DNA of 64,000 nt, from assembly GCA_016861205.1 (NCBI GenBank), contig BOKX01000001.1, forward strand, positions 520,539-584,538. The letters are read 5' to 3'. Source of the DNA: Patescibacteria group bacterium (GTDB lineage Bacteria; Patescibacteriota; Microgenomatia; UBA1400; PJMF01). Every line of letters starts with the position of its first letter. Within the stretch, counting starts at the first letter, position 1. Positions 46,974 through 57,254 of this stretch are shown here, piece by piece. The notes under the pieces are model-generated. The model had not been told where the DNA came from. It saw only the letters and a list, made by a program, of their open reading frames with translations, and did no database searches. The translations under genes were made by a program, and so were the position numbers.

Positions 46974-47378
46974 TTATTTAGCTTTCTTGGCTGCATCTAA
47001 TTTTGCGGCCGCTTCTTTAGTCATAGCACCAATGGTTCGGCGAGCGCCTCGTTTGGTCCGACTATTAGAACGGGTTCGCTGACCTCGCACTGGCAAACCA
47101 GCTTGATGTCGCATTCCGCGGTAGGCTTTCACACGTTTTAATCGATCAATGTTGTCATTGATGATGCGTCGTAAGTTACCTTCCACGTTATGCTTTTCGA
47201 GAACACGCTGGATACGACTAATCTCGTCACCACTCAGGTCACGAGCTCGTTTCTCAGGATCAACTTTTGCCTCTGACAAAACTGCATCAGCAATCTTTGG
47301 GCCAACTCCATAGAGATAGCGCAAAGAAAAGCGAATTTTTTTGTGTTCTGGGAGGTCGATACCGGCAATACGTGGCAT
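46974..47378 (-). CDS. rpsM: 30S ribosomal protein S13
   Basis: MPRIAGIDLPEHKKIRFSLRYLYGVG. Confidence 0.9.
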   Translation of the reverse strand: MPRIAGIDLPEHKKIRFSLRYLYGVGPKIADAVLSEAKVDPEKRARDLSGDEISRIQRVLEKHNVEGNLRRIINDNIDRLKRVKAYRGMRHQAGLPVRGQRTRSNSRTKRGARRTIGAMTKEAAAKLDAAKKAK

Positions 47379-47386
47379 AGGAAAGA

Positions 47387-47500
47387 TTACCCTTGGCGTT
47401 GTTTGTGCTTAGGATTGGTGCACACCACTCGAAGCACACCACGGCGCTTGATCAGCTTACAGTGCATACACATGGCTTTGACTGATGAGCGAACTTTCAT
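47387..47500 (-). CDS. rpmJ: 50S ribosomal protein L36 (37 aa); not in the ORF track because it is shorter than 60 aa
   Basis: The reverse complement of 47387-47500 translates to [37 protein letters not shown] and ends in a TAA stop. Confidence 0.85.
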   Translation of the reverse strand: MKVRSSVKAMCMHCKLIKRRGVLRVVCTNPKHKQRQG

Positions 47501-47572
47501 AAGTTTTATAGCTTGATACAATGTATAAAGACAAAGGTGAACTATACCTCAAGAGAGGCAAATCATCAAGGT

Positions 47573-47902
47573 CTAATTTTGCTGCGGACCCTTTTTCATT
47601 GATCTATACGTAATTTTACACTTATTGAGGTCATATTTTGACACGTATCCCTTGACGGAATCGCCGGGCATAACGCGAATTCGGTACAATCGCATCTTAC
47701 CAGCCAGTGTACCAATCAAAACTCTGTCCATCATCTGAGGGACATTGGAGTTGGTCACTTTGACTCGGAACATCGTGTTTGGCAAACACTCTTCAACAGT
47801 GCCTTCAATCTCAAAGCGGTCATCTCGATCTGCACTTTCAGTGGTCAAATCGACTTGACGCTTAGCTTTGGCGGCTCGTTTGTGGTCTTGGACTCTACCC
47901 AT
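47573..47902 (-). CDS. infA: Translation initiation factor IF-1 with N- and C-terminal extensions
   Basis: EGTVEECLPNTMFRVKVTNSNV...GKMRLYRIRVMPGDSVK is the S1-like OB fold of IF-1. Confidence 0.85.
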   Translation of the reverse strand: MGRVQDHKRAAKAKRQVDLTTESADRDDRFEIEGTVEECLPNTMFRVKVTNSNVPQMMDRVLIGTLAGKMRLYRIRVMPGDSVKGYVSKYDLNKCKITYRSMKKGPQQN

Positions 47903-47966
47903 ATCCGGGTATTATACCTTAAACCAGGCCTTTTTTCAAAACTGGGGGTCTCATAGACAGAATCAA

Positions 47967-48524
47967 CTACCTTGTTGGCTTGAGAACTTTGGCCAGCTTG
48001 AGATAGTAGGAGAGCAACAGTCCACGAACTTCTTCTCGATCATCAATGCTCAGTTTGTCATGTGGATGCTTGGCCAACCACATCATAATCGCCACTCGCT
48101 GCACGCCCAAACCCCAGGAATCTTCGTCAGTTAAACTGTAAATTTTCTCCTGCAAAGCACTAAAGTAGACTTCAGCGTCTTCCCAGCGCTGATCGGCTAT
48201 GGCCTGCCGGTAGTCAGTTTCCCACCCTACCAGGGTTGAAACTTGAGCACTCCGGTTTCTCAGCTCAGTCACGAGCTCGGTGTAGTACTGAGCCATCAGG
48301 ACTTGGAACGTTGGTGGGTGATTTTGGAACATCAACCCAGCCACATCGGCAACTTCGGTCAACACCACGGCAGTCAGTTCTGGTAAATCAAACAGCAACT
48401 GTCGCAATAAAACCCGGGCGGCTAAGGCAGCCAGCGGATCTGGGTTCTCGCCACGCTGGGCTTCAATGAGCTGCATTTCCTGCTGCATAGCGGTTACAAA
48501 GTCGAGTTCAAAACGTTTTGTCAT
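47967..48524 (-). CDS. Hypothetical protein (185 aa) inserted between map and infA
   Basis: Long ORF on the same strand as the ribosomal operon. No recognisable motif. Confidence 0.45.
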   Translation of the reverse strand: MTKRFELDFVTAMQQEMQLIEAQRGENPDPLAALAARVLLRQLLFDLPELTAVVLTEVADVAGLMFQNHPPTFQVLMAQYYTELVTELRNRSAQVSTLVGWETDYRQAIADQRWEDAEVYFSALQEKIYSLTDEDSWGLGVQRVAIMMWLAKHPHDKLSIDDREEVRGLLLSYYLKLAKVLKPTR

Positions 48525-48533
48525 AGAGATTCT

Positions 48534-49280
48534 TTACTTGGTTAGAACTTCTGGTTCTCCATCGGTAACTAAAACTGTTTCCTCAAACATCCCTGACAGA
48601 GAGCCGTCAATAGTTTGATACGTCCAGCCATCTTTGCCAACTTCTAAGTCTGGATAACCAGCTGTATACATAATCTCGATAGCTAGTGTCATACCAGGGA
48701 CCACCTTAATCTTTTTGTCAGACTTCTGGGCTACACACGGGATACTGGGCCAGGCGTGCAACTCCCGACCAATGCCGTGGCCTGTTAGTTGATACACAGC
48801 GCCATATCCATAGTTTTCAACCCCTTTTTGCATGGCTCGGCTGATGTCATAAATCGTAGAACCAACCCGAGCTTTGGCGATCGCTTTATCAACAGCCTGT
48901 CGGCCTCGTGCTAGAAAGTCTTTCACTTCCTGAGAAACAGGCGCCACTGCGACCGTAGTAGTGGTATCGAGATGATAACCTTGCCAAATCAAACCCACGT
49001 CAATGGTGATAACATCACCAGCTTCCACACGTTTGCCTTTGGGAATACCGTGACAAACTTCGTCGTTTCTCATCAGACACGTGGCCCAGTGGTACCCAGG
49101 CACTGTGGAAAAGCTGGGCACCGCCCCTTCGGCTTTAATGAGAGCTTGGGCCTTCGCCTCGATCGACTCGAACGTCACACCAGGTTTGACCATGGCTGCC
49201 AGTGCGTGTTTAACCCGCCCCAAAGCTGGACCGCCTTGACGCATGGCTGCAATTTTTTGTTGATCTACCTGAGATTTCAT
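48534..49280 (-). CDS. map: Methionine aminopeptidase, type I
   Basis: CHGIPKGKRVEAGDVITIDVG...HLDTTTTVAV are the MetAP metal-ligand motifs. The ATG at 49278-49280 was chosen as the start; the ORF track uses a TTG at 49298. Confidence 0.85.
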   Translation of the reverse strand: MKSQVDQQKIAAMRQGGPALGRVKHALAAMVKPGVTFESIEAKAQALIKAEGAVPSFSTVPGYHWATCLMRNDEVCHGIPKGKRVEAGDVITIDVGLIWQGYHLDTTTTVAVAPVSQEVKDFLARGRQAVDKAIAKARVGSTIYDISRAMQKGVENYGYGAVYQLTGHGIGRELHAWPSIPCVAQKSDKKIKVVPGMTLAIEIMYTAGYPDLEVGKDGWTYQTIDGSLSGMFEETVLVTDGEPEVLTK

Positions 49281-49318
49281 CCCGCTATTATACTCCAAAC
49301 CAGCTGAGCATCACTTGT

Positions 49319-49780
49319 TTAGGTGTCAGAGCCCGTTTGACTCAATAGTTTGAGTAACCGACCAAGATAGATATCTAGCGCCCCTGCGTTGGTGTCTTTG
49401 TTTTTGTAGGTCTTACCAATCTCGTATTGGGTGACTTCCCATCGGCCACGAGTGGTTTCCCCAGTTTTGAGGTTTTTGACCTGCGCTTCTGTTGTTTGAG
49501 GATAGATGATCTGAGCGGCGATGAGTGGCTCCGCGGTCAGCTCCCACGGATTCCAGTACGAGATTTGAATGACGGCGTGACCACCATTGATAAAACCTAA
49601 AAACACTAATCTATCTGGACTGGGCAATACTAACCGCCAAAAGCCGACTTCAGCATCGCCTCCTAATGAGAACTCAAGGGGAGCTGTCCAGGGACCTTTG
49701 GTCACAAACTGATCTTGAAAGTCTTCACTTTCAACTACAGCTTTGAGGCGGGCAGCTCGTTCTGGACGAATGGCTGACAT
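49319..49780 (-). CDS. Hypothetical protein (153 aa) inserted between adk and map
   Basis: A co-directional ORF with no recognisable motif. Confidence 0.45.
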   Translation of the reverse strand: MSAIRPERAARLKAVVESEDFQDQFVTKGPWTAPLEFSLGGDAEVGFWRLVLPSPDRLVFLGFINGGHAVIQISYWNPWELTAEPLIAAQIIYPQTTEAQVKNLKTGETTRGRWEVTQYEIGKTYKNKDTNAGALDIYLGRLLKLLSQTGSDT

Positions 49781-49798
49781 GATCGGTCCAAAAAACGA

Positions 49799-50335
49799 CT
49801 AGGCTTTGATGTGTTTCATGATGTCGGCAAAGACACCTTCAACATCTTGCTCGCCGTTTACGTCAATAAGCTTGCCGTGTTGACGATAGTACTCGATAAC
49901 TGGCTCAGTTTTTTCGTGGAACAACTCAATTCGTTTACGAATCGCGTTGAGCGTCTCGTCCTCTCGATCAGAAACTCGACCTGAAATTCGCCACAAGGCC
50001 TCTCGGTCTGAGACATCAATCAAAATAACTTTTTCAGCTTCATCGGCAAAAGCCTCGGCTTGAGGCACTGTGCGAGGAAAACCATCCAAGATATAACCCT
50101 TACTGTATTCTGGTCTTTTCAGATAGGTCAAAATAATTTCTAAGGTGGTGTCGTCTGGAATCAAGATGCCGGCGTTCAACGTTTCTTTCAGCCAACGACC
50201 TAATTTAGTTTTTTCTTTAGCCATTTCTCGGAACACGTGGCCAGATGAGAGGTAAGGAATTCCCAACTCAGCTGACAGCATATTCCCTTGAGTGGACTTG
50301 CCCGCTCCTTGAATGCCAATCAAAACTAGTTTCAT
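49799..50335 (-). CDS. adk: Adenylate kinase
   Basis: MKLVLIGIQGAGKSTQG contains the P-loop. The start was set to the ATG at 50333-50335, preceded by an AAGGAG ribosome-binding site. Confidence 0.9.
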   Translation of the reverse strand: MKLVLIGIQGAGKSTQGNMLSAELGIPYLSSGHVFREMAKEKTKLGRWLKETLNAGILIPDDTTLEIILTYLKRPEYSKGYILDGFPRTVPQAEAFADEAEKVILIDVSDREALWRISGRVSDREDETLNAIRKRIELFHEKTEPVIEYYRQHGKLIDVNGEQDVEGVFADIMKHIKA

Positions 50336-50357
50336 AGTGCTCCTTTGTGGGTGAATG

Positions 50358-51644
50358 TTAGGTGTATTGTTCGTAATTTTGGCCAACCAGTTGACTCTGA
50401 ACTTGTTTGGCTGTCTCTAAAATAACTGAGACCACAATTAAAACACTGGTACCACCAATCGCCAACGACTGGATTCCCGTGGCAGCTTGAGCCACTGAAG
50501 GCAACAACGCAATGAAACCCAGGAAGACTGCACCAGCCACGGTGATGCGACTGACCACGAACTCCAGGAAGTGCTTGGTGGGCGCACCAGGCCGAATGCC
50601 TGGCACAAAGGCGCCACTCTTCTTGAGTTCATCAGCCAAGTCACCGGCATTGAAGAAAATCAGGGCTGAGAAAAACGTAAACGCAAACACAATTGAGAAG
50701 TACACAGCCATATAGATTGGCGAAGTCTGGGAAAACCAGACACTTAGTCGTTGCCCCCACTCGAGCAAGGCCGGCTGACCACTACCGGTCATCAACCGCG
50801 CCACAAAACCGGGAACCAACATGATGGAGACAGCAAAAATGATCGGCAAAACGCCAGTCACGTTCACCCGAATGGGCAAATGCGTAGTCTGACCACCGTA
50901 CATGCGGCTGCCACGCTGTCGCTTGGCGTACTGGATCTGGACCTTACGAATCGCTTCGTTCATGAACACAACTAGACCAATCACCCCCAAGAAAACCAGC
51001 GCAAACACAGCCACAGTCAAGTACTGCTGGGCGGTAATCGTCACACTGGCTTGAGCCAGTGCCACCGGCAACTGACTGACGATACCGGCAAACAAGACCA
51101 TCGAGATACCATTGCCGATACCATATAAACTAACGAGTTCACCCAGCCACAACAACACCATCGATCCTGCTACCAGAGTGGTGATCAAAGCCACCAAGCT
51201 CAGAGGATCACTGGCAGCCAGCAAACCTTGAGAACGTAACAGAGCTAGCACCGACATACTCTGCACCACGGCGAGTGGCACAGCCAAAAAGCGAGTGTAT
51301 TGGTTCAAACGTTCACGACCGGCTTCGCCATCTTTCTGCAGCTCTTTGAGCTTGGGAAACACCATGGTAGAAAGCTGGACTACGATTGAAGCCGTAATGT
51401 ACGGGTTGATACCCACCGCCATGATTGAGAAGTTAGCTAAAGTACCACCAGAGAAGATGTTCAGCAAACTCAAAAATTGATTACCGGCAAACAACGCTCG
51501 AAGTTGAGCGACATCTACACCCGGTAAGGGCACATGCGCAAAAAGGCGGAAAACCAGGAAAATAAGTGCGGTAAAAATGAGCTTTTTGCGAAGCTCCCGG
51601 TTGTGCCAGATCGTGGTCACTGTTTGCCACATGTAGTTGGTCAC
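50358..51644 (-). CDS. secY: Preprotein translocase subunit SecY
   Basis: 428 aa with ten TM helices and a SecY-like N-terminus. It occupies the conserved position between rplO and adk. Confidence 0.9.
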   Translation of the reverse strand: MTNYMWQTVTTIWHNRELRKKLIFTALIFLVFRLFAHVPLPGVDVAQLRALFAGNQFLSLLNIFSGGTLANFSIMAVGINPYITASIVVQLSTMVFPKLKELQKDGEAGRERLNQYTRFLAVPLAVVQSMSVLALLRSQGLLAASDPLSLVALITTLVAGSMVLLWLGELVSLYGIGNGISMVLFAGIVSQLPVALAQASVTITAQQYLTVAVFALVFLGVIGLVVFMNEAIRKVQIQYAKRQRGSRMYGGQTTHLPIRVNVTGVLPIIFAVSIMLVPGFVARLMTGSGQPALLEWGQRLSVWFSQTSPIYMAVYFSIVFAFTFFSALIFFNAGDLADELKKSGAFVPGIRPGAPTKHFLEFVVSRITVAGAVFLGFIALLPSVAQAATGIQSLAIGGTSVLIVVSVILETAKQVQSQLVGQNYEQYT

Positions 51645-51675
51645 CCGTCCGTCGTAATGCTAGTAGCTGTTCAAG

Positions 51676-52113
51676 TTACTGAACTTGGCCACCAGCTTTA
51701 ATAATCAGCTCTTTGGCAGCTTGTGAGACTCGCAGACCTTGGACAGTCACAGCTCGACTCAAACTACCAGTAGCGATAATTTTAGCTTGTTTAAACTCAG
51801 GAGCAATCAGCTTTTCAAGCTTGAGTGTTTCCAGAGTTACGACTTCATTCTTCATTTTCTGCAGATCACTCAAGGTAATTTCAGCAGTCGGTCGAACCAC
51901 GTTGAAACGTGATTTACCCCGCATCATTGGCAAGCGCTTGATCAAAGGCAGTTGACCACCTTCAAACCAGTCGCGTGATTGACCATCTTTGCGGGCTTTG
52001 TGACCCTTGGTACCACGGCCAATGGTGTGAGCACCCTTGCCTGAACCATGACCACGACCTAAGCGTTTGCTGGCCTTAGTGGTAATGCTGGGTAGAGTGT
52101 GCAGTATAGACAT
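51676..52113 (-). CDS. rplO: 50S ribosomal protein L15
   Basis: KRLGRGHGSGKGAHTIGRGTKG. Confidence 0.9.
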   Translation of the reverse strand: MSILHTLPSITTKASKRLGRGHGSGKGAHTIGRGTKGHKARKDGQSRDWFEGGQLPLIKRLPMMRGKSRFNVVRPTAEITLSDLQKMKNEVVTLETLKLEKLIAPEFKQAKIIATGSLSRAVTVQGLRVSQAAKELIIKAGGQVQ

Positions 52114-52125
52114 ATAAATCCTGTA

Positions 52126-52818
52126 TTAAGCGGCTGCTTCTTTCTTTTCAGCTTTTGGCTTGGCAGGTTTGGCAGCTGGTTTTTTAGCTGGCTTGGCTGC
52201 TTTAGCGGCTGGTTGCTCAGCTTTTTTCTCGGCTGTGGCTGGCTTGGTTGTCTTAGCAGCTTTAGCTTGAGCTTGCAGCTCTTCGAGTTTTTTAGCTTCC
52301 TGGGCTTCCAGCTCAGCAATTGACTTGAGCTTAATGCCTTTGAGCTTGACGATCTTTTCGATTTGTTTCAAAGCTTCAAAGGTAGCATACACATTTGAGG
52401 CTTTATTGTTGGTCCCTAAAATCTTACTCGAGATGTCTCGAACACCAGCGGCTTCAACCACTGCTCGGACTGGACCACCCGCGATAACACCAGAACCTTT
52501 AGGAGCTGGCTTCAGCATTACTCTACCGGCACCTTGTTTAACACTGATAGAAAATGGAATGGTTGTCCCATCCAATGGCACGGTAATCATTTTTTTCTTA
52601 GCTCGTTTCACACCTTTACGCATAGCGGCCAGTACGTCTTTGGCTTTACCCAAACCGACACCGACTCGACCTTTGCGGTCACCAACCACCATTAGGATTG
52701 AGAAACCCATTTTGTTTCCACCCTTGGTTTTCTTGGACACCCGAGAAATTTGAATGACTTTCTCTTCAAACTCACTTGGGGTTTGGCTTTGAGCTAGGGT
52801 TTTAACATCGTGCGACAT
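52126..52818 (-). CDS. rpsE: 30S ribosomal protein S5 with a long Lys/Ala/Pro-rich C-terminal tail
   Basis: The S5 core is followed by the tail AKAAKTTKPATAEKKAEQPAAKAAKPAKKPAAKPAKPKAEKK. rplO lies directly adjacent, with no L30 gene between them. Confidence 0.9.
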   Translation of the reverse strand: MSHDVKTLAQSQTPSEFEEKVIQISRVSKKTKGGNKMGFSILMVVGDRKGRVGVGLGKAKDVLAAMRKGVKRAKKKMITVPLDGTTIPFSISVKQGAGRVMLKPAPKGSGVIAGGPVRAVVEAAGVRDISSKILGTNNKASNVYATFEALKQIEKIVKLKGIKLKSIAELEAQEAKKLEELQAQAKAAKTTKPATAEKKAEQPAAKAAKPAKKPAAKPAKPKAEKKEAAA

Positions 52819-52821
52819 GAA

Positions 52822-53172
52822 CTATACCTCCACTCCCGCTGCGCGGACTGCGTCAGCGATGGCTCGAATTCGACCATGATAGCGGTATGGACCGCGATCT
52901 AAGATAACAGCCTTAATTCCGGCTTTTTTCAGTAATTCAGCTACGTTGGTAGCCACTTCTTGAGCTCGTTCGGTTTTGGTGCCTTTAGTGGCCTTATAAT
53001 CGCTGCCAGCTGCTACAGTAACACCCAATTGATCGTTGATTGCCTGAATGCTGGTGTAACGGTTTGATCGATAGATCGACAATCGAGGTCGTTCCGCAGT
53101 TCCAACCATGTGGTTGCGAACCCGCATTTTTCGTTTAGTAGCACTCGAGGTTTTGTGATTAATTGTTGGCAT
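52822..53172 (-). CDS. rplR: 50S ribosomal protein L18
   Basis: RPRLSIYRSNRYTSIQAIND. Confidence 0.9.
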   Translation of the reverse strand: MPTINHKTSSATKRKMRVRNHMVGTAERPRLSIYRSNRYTSIQAINDQLGVTVAAGSDYKATKGTKTERAQEVATNVAELLKKAGIKAVILDRGPYRYHGRIRAIADAVRAAGVEV

Positions 53173-53176
53173 AGTC

Positions 53177-53713
53177 TTAAGCCGCGGCTTTACCTTGCTT
53201 ACGTCGAACTACTTCATCTTCATAACGGATACCTTTACCCTTGTAAGGTTCAGGTGGTTTGATCTTGCGAATGTTAGCTGCCATTTGGCCCACTACTTGC
53301 TTGTCGATACCCTCAATGTGAATAGTATCGGTGCCATCGATTGACAGCTTGATACCTGGTTCGGCTTTGATATCAACTGGATGTGAGAAACCCAGTGACA
53401 GACTGAGACCGGCCCCCTTCATGGTGACGCGATACCCAGTACCAACCAACTTCAAGGTTTTCTTATAACCAGTCGTGACACCAATCACTGCATTGTTCAG
53501 CAAACTGCGAACCAAACCATGATGAGCGCGCAGCTCTTTGGTCTCTTGTTGACGACCCACAGTTAGTTCATTGTCGGCGACAGTGACAGTGATACCAGCG
53601 GTAACTGGAACCATGACCTGACCTTTGGGGCCTGCCACAGTGACAGAATCAGCGTTAACGGTAACGGTGACTCCACTGGGAATACTGATAGCTTTACGTC
53701 CAATTCGTGACAT
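53177..53713 (-). CDS. rplF: 50S ribosomal protein L6
   Basis: MSRIGRKAISIPSGVTVTV. The start was set to the ATG at 53711-53713. Confidence 0.9.
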   Translation of the reverse strand: MSRIGRKAISIPSGVTVTVNADSVTVAGPKGQVMVPVTAGITVTVADNELTVGRQQETKELRAHHGLVRSLLNNAVIGVTTGYKKTLKLVGTGYRVTMKGAGLSLSLGFSHPVDIKAEPGIKLSIDGTDTIHIEGIDKQVVGQMAANIRKIKPPEPYKGKGIRYEDEVVRRKQGKAAA

Positions 53714-53715
53714 AT

Positions 53716-54105
53716 TTACCAAACCTGACACATAATTTCGCCACCCACATTGAGTTTGCGAGCTTCGGCATCGGTGACGATCCCCTTACTGGTGGAGACA
53801 ATCGTAATTCCATAGCCACCCAAAGCTTGTGGCACTTTGTCTGCTGGAGCGTATAACCGACGTCCAGGTTTTGAGACCCGTTTCACATCAGTAATAGCTG
53901 GCAGCTTACCTACATATTTTAACTTCAACACCAGTTCAGCCTGAGGCTTAACTGGATTGACCTCTACCGCTTCTAAATAGTTGTTTTCCAACAACACTTT
54001 AGCGACCGCCTCTTTAAGTTTTGAGTGTGGCACAATCACCTGACTGTGGCGCACCAACAGGGCGTTTTTAATGCGGATCATCATGTCTGCGATCGGATCG
54101 GTCAT
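53716..54105 (-). CDS. rpsH: 30S ribosomal protein S8
   Basis: MTDPIADMMIRIKNA. Confidence 0.9.
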   Translation of the reverse strand: MTDPIADMMIRIKNALLVRHSQVIVPHSKLKEAVAKVLLENNYLEAVEVNPVKPQAELVLKLKYVGKLPAITDVKRVSKPGRRLYAPADKVPQALGGYGITIVSTSKGIVTDAEARKLNVGGEIMCQVW

Positions 54106-54108
54106 ACC

Positions 54109-54339
54109 TTATTTGCTCGCTTTCACTACACCTGGTAACTCACCTCGGACAGCCATTTCACGGAACGTCAACCGGCTGAGTCCGAAGTAGCGCATGTAGC
54201 CTCTAGGGCGGCCTGTTATTTTACACCGGTTTTGCCCTCGAGTCGACACGCGATTTACTTTTTTAACACCACTCGCCAATAACATGGCTCGCTTTTCATT
54301 CAAGCGAAGTGTCTTAGCGATTTTTGATTTTTTAGCCAT
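54109..54339 (-). CDS. rpsN: 30S ribosomal protein S14 (short, Z-type)
   Basis: A 76-aa basic protein in the conserved position between rplE and rpsH. Confidence 0.8.
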   Translation of the reverse strand: MAKKSKIAKTLRLNEKRAMLLASGVKKVNRVSTRGQNRCKITGRPRGYMRYFGLSRLTFREMAVRGELPGVVKASK

Positions 54340-54358
54340 AGTTATTTACTTCCGCCGT

Positions 54359-54913
54359 TTACTTGGTTTTCGCGAACGGCATTCCTAACATATCTAACAA
54401 CTCTCGAGCTGCTTCATCCTCTCGAGCGGTTGTGGTAATAACCACTTGTAAGCTCCGGATTGAGTCGATTTTGTCGTACTCAATCTCTGGGAAGATGATT
54501 TGCTCCTCAATACCCATACTGTAGTTACCTTGCCCATCAAAAGCAGTTCGTGACACACCTTGGAAGTCTTTCACCCGAGGCAAAGCGATCGAGATCAACT
54601 TGTCGAGAAACTCCCACATGTACTGACCTCGCAGTGTGACCATGACCCCCATTGGGTCGCCTTTTCGCAACTTAAAGTTGGAAATGGCTTGGCGAGCTCG
54701 AGTGGTCTGTGGTTGTTGGCCACTGATCAACTTGAACTGAGCTAACACATTTTCGATCACATCTTTACGAGCCCGAGGATCTTGAGGCTTAGTAATACCA
54801 GTGTTGATCACAATTTTGGTCAACCGTGGCACAGCCATCACACTCTTCACCCCCAATTTTTTCTGGAGGGCTGGACGGACTTCGTCGTTGTATTTTTGTT
54901 GTAAGCGATTCAT
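54359..54913 (-). CDS. rplE: 50S ribosomal protein L5
   Basis: MNRLQQKYNDEVRPALQKKLG. Confidence 0.9.
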   Translation of the reverse strand: MNRLQQKYNDEVRPALQKKLGVKSVMAVPRLTKIVINTGITKPQDPRARKDVIENVLAQFKLISGQQPQTTRARQAISNFKLRKGDPMGVMVTLRGQYMWEFLDKLISIALPRVKDFQGVSRTAFDGQGNYSMGIEEQIIFPEIEYDKIDSIRSLQVVITTTAREDEAARELLDMLGMPFAKTK

Positions 54914-54916
54914 ACG

Positions 54917-55330
54917 TTAGGCTTTTTTAGTTTTACTCTTAGTTACTTTTGCTTCTTTAGCTGGTTTGTCAGTTTTCTTTTCAGTTTTCTCGACTTTTTT
55001 GGCGGCTGCCTTGACTTGCTTGGCTGCTTCACCAATCACTGTGCCAGTTTTTTTAAAGATACGCTCTTTGCCGGCAGCAGTAACGCGATAACCGACTCGA
55101 TCAGGTTGACCTTTTTCGTTCAAGATGGCCACTTTGGCGGTTGGCAGTGGACGTTCTCGGCGGACTCGCTCTCCAGCTCGCTCACCGTAGGGCTTGATGT
55201 GCTTGACGTACAAGTTCATGCCCTCGACTACCACAGCATCGAGTTTTGGCAAAACGCGGGTAACTTTACCCTGCTTGCCTTTGTCTTTGCCAGCTGTCAC
55301 CAGTACTTGATCACCAACGCGTAACTTCAT
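54917..55330 (-). CDS. rplX: 50S ribosomal protein L24 with a Lys-rich C-terminal tail
   Basis: MKLRVGDQVLVTAGKDKGKQGKV contains the KOW motif. The tail reads [29 protein letters not shown]. Confidence 0.9.
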   Translation of the reverse strand: MKLRVGDQVLVTAGKDKGKQGKVTRVLPKLDAVVVEGMNLYVKHIKPYGERAGERVRRERPLPTAKVAILNEKGQPDRVGYRVTAAGKERIFKKTGTVIGEAAKQVKAAAKKVEKTEKKTDKPAKEAKVTKSKTKKA

Positions 55331-55338
55331 ATATCCCT

Positions 55339-55713
55339 TTAGAGCACCTCCGGAGCTAAACTCGCGATCTTGGCAAAACCTCGATCTTTAACTTCACGAG
55401 CGATCGGTCCGAACACCCGAGTCCCAAGTGGGTTAGGGTTGCTGAGTGACTCGATCACTACGGCGGCGTTATCATCAAAGCGAATGTACTCTCCATTTGA
55501 ACGGCGAGTTTCTTTGTGAGCCCGAACGATTACTGCTTTCACCTTTTCACCTTTTTTTAGGTTACCTTTAGGATCAGCACTGATCACAGACGCACTCACC
55601 ACGTCCCCTACGAAACCGAAGCGTCGTTTGGAACCACCGTGGACTTGCATCACTCGGAGCTTTTTGGCCCCGCTGTTGTCAGCCACTTGGAGGATTGTTC
55701 GTAATTGAATCAT
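55339..55713 (-). CDS. rplN: 50S ribosomal protein L14
   Basis: [18 protein letters not shown]. Confidence 0.9.
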   Translation of the reverse strand: MIQLRTILQVADNSGAKKLRVMQVHGGSKRRFGFVGDVVSASVISADPKGNLKKGEKVKAVIVRAHKETRRSNGEYIRFDDNAAVVIESLSNPNPLGTRVFGPIAREVKDRGFAKIASLAPEVL

Positions 55714-55715
55714 AC

Positions 55716-55949
55716 TTAGTTCTCAACCTTTGACATTACTTTAAATCGTTTGGTCTTACTGATTGGGCGGCACTCTTGGATAACCACGGTGTCACCTTCA
55801 GCCAAGGTTACGTTTTCGTAGTGACAAGCATATTTTTTACTACGCTTGACGTACTTCTTATAAATTGGGTGTTGCCAGCGATTCGTCACCACCACCGTTA
55901 CGGTTTTGGCTTGTTTGAGCGAGCTGACGACACCTTGTAATGTTTTCAT
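55716..55949 (-). CDS. rpsQ: 30S ribosomal protein S17
   Basis: 77 aa in the conserved position between rpmC and rplN. Confidence 0.85.
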   Translation of the reverse strand: MKTLQGVVSSLKQAKTVTVVVTNRWQHPIYKKYVKRSKKYACHYENVTLAEGDTVVIQECRPISKTKRFKVMSKVEN

Positions 55950-55958
55950 ACTAAATCC

Positions 55959-56180
55959 TTATTCGTTCTCTCCTGAGACAGTAGCTAGTTCTTGCTGTCG
56001 TAAAACAGTTTTCAAACGAGCCACTGTATCTGCCAAACGGCTCAGACTACGTAAGTCTGATAATTTACCGACTCGCTTGGCCAGGCGTTTCTCACCGAGT
56101 TCGCGTGACAAGGTGTCCAGTTGAGCTTGAATCTCAGCTGGGCTTTTGGCGGCTAGTTGGCGAAAATCGCGTCGTTTCAT
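55959..56180 (-). CDS. rpmC: 50S ribosomal protein L29
   Basis: 73 aa, helical, in the conserved position. Confidence 0.85.
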   Translation of the reverse strand: MKRRDFRQLAAKSPAEIQAQLDTLSRELGEKRLAKRVGKLSDLRSLSRLADTVARLKTVLRQQELATVSGENE

Positions 56181-56193
56181 ACTGTGTTTATCT

Positions 56194-56598
56194 TTATTTC
56201 TTTACAAAAGTGGTTTTGACTGACAACTTGTGCCCGGCTTTGGTAAAAGCTTCCCGAGCGGCTTGTTCAGTCACACCACTGATCTCAAACAAAATCATAC
56301 CTGGTTTAACTACTGCTACATATTTATCGATATCACCTTTACCGGAACCCATTTTGACACCCACTGGCTTGTGAGTAATGGGCTTGTGTGGGAACAACCG
56401 CATCCAGTAGCGGCCAGCGCGTTTGGTAGCGTAGGTGATTTTTTTACGAGCGGCTTCAATTTGACGAGCTGAAACCCAACCAACAGTGGTAGCTTTCAGA
56501 CCGTACTCACCGAAGGCCACCGTCGAACCACGCAAAGCCACACCGCGGCGTTTGCCTCGAAATTCTTTGCGGAATTTTGATTTCTTAGGTTGTAACAT
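56194..56598 (-). CDS. rplP: 50S ribosomal protein L16
   Basis: MLQPKKSKFRKEFRGKRRG. Confidence 0.9.
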   Translation of the reverse strand: MLQPKKSKFRKEFRGKRRGVALRGSTVAFGEYGLKATTVGWVSARQIEAARKKITYATKRAGRYWMRLFPHKPITHKPVGVKMGSGKGDIDKYVAVVKPGMILFEISGVTEQAAREAFTKAGHKLSVKTTFVKK

Positions 56599-56600
56599 GG

Positions 56601-57251
56601 TTAGACTACTTCGCCTTTATAAATCCAGACTTTAATCCCGACATAACCAGACCGGGTTCGAGCCGGAGCCTGGAAATAATCGATGTTAGCCCGCAGGGTT
56701 TGGGTAGGCACCTTGCCCTGGAAATACTTCTCTGATCGAGCAATTTCTGATCCACCTATTCTACCAGATAAGGCAATCTTGACGCCTTCAGCACCAGCAG
56801 TCATGACTTTTTCCAAAGCTTGCGTAACAGCTCGGCGGTGAGGATAACGCTTGATCAATTGATCAGCAATTCGCTCAGCCACCAGCTTGGCACTCAAATC
56901 TGGTTTCTTGATTTCTTCAACTTTGACATCAACTCGAACTTTGTCTTTCTTTTGCTTTGACACGTTCAAGATTCGCTCGATATCTTTCTTCACATCTTCT
57001 AAGTTAGCGCCACCTTTGCCGATCACGACACCTGGTCGAGATACGTACAAAGTGACTTTAATAGTGGTGATAGATCGATCAATATCAATCTGCACAACAC
57101 CAGCGTTACTGAGCTTAGCCAACAGGTGTTGACGCAGCTTATAGTCCTCAATCACTTGATTTGAGTAGGACTTCGCATCGGCAAACCAACGAGACTTCCA
57201 AGTGAAGGTGTTGCCTAAGCGGAAACCGGTTGGGTTAACTTTTTGTCCCAT
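56601..57251 (-). CDS. rpsC: 30S ribosomal protein S3
   Basis: MGQKVNPTGFRLG is followed by a KH domain. Confidence 0.9.
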   Translation of the reverse strand: MGQKVNPTGFRLGNTFTWKSRWFADAKSYSNQVIEDYKLRQHLLAKLSNAGVVQIDIDRSITTIKVTLYVSRPGVVIGKGGANLEDVKKDIERILNVSKQKKDKVRVDVKVEEIKKPDLSAKLVAERIADQLIKRYPHRRAVTQALEKVMTAGAEGVKIALSGRIGGSEIARSEKYFQGKVPTQTLRANIDYFQAPARTRSGYVGIKVWIYKGEVV

Positions 57252-57254
57252 ACG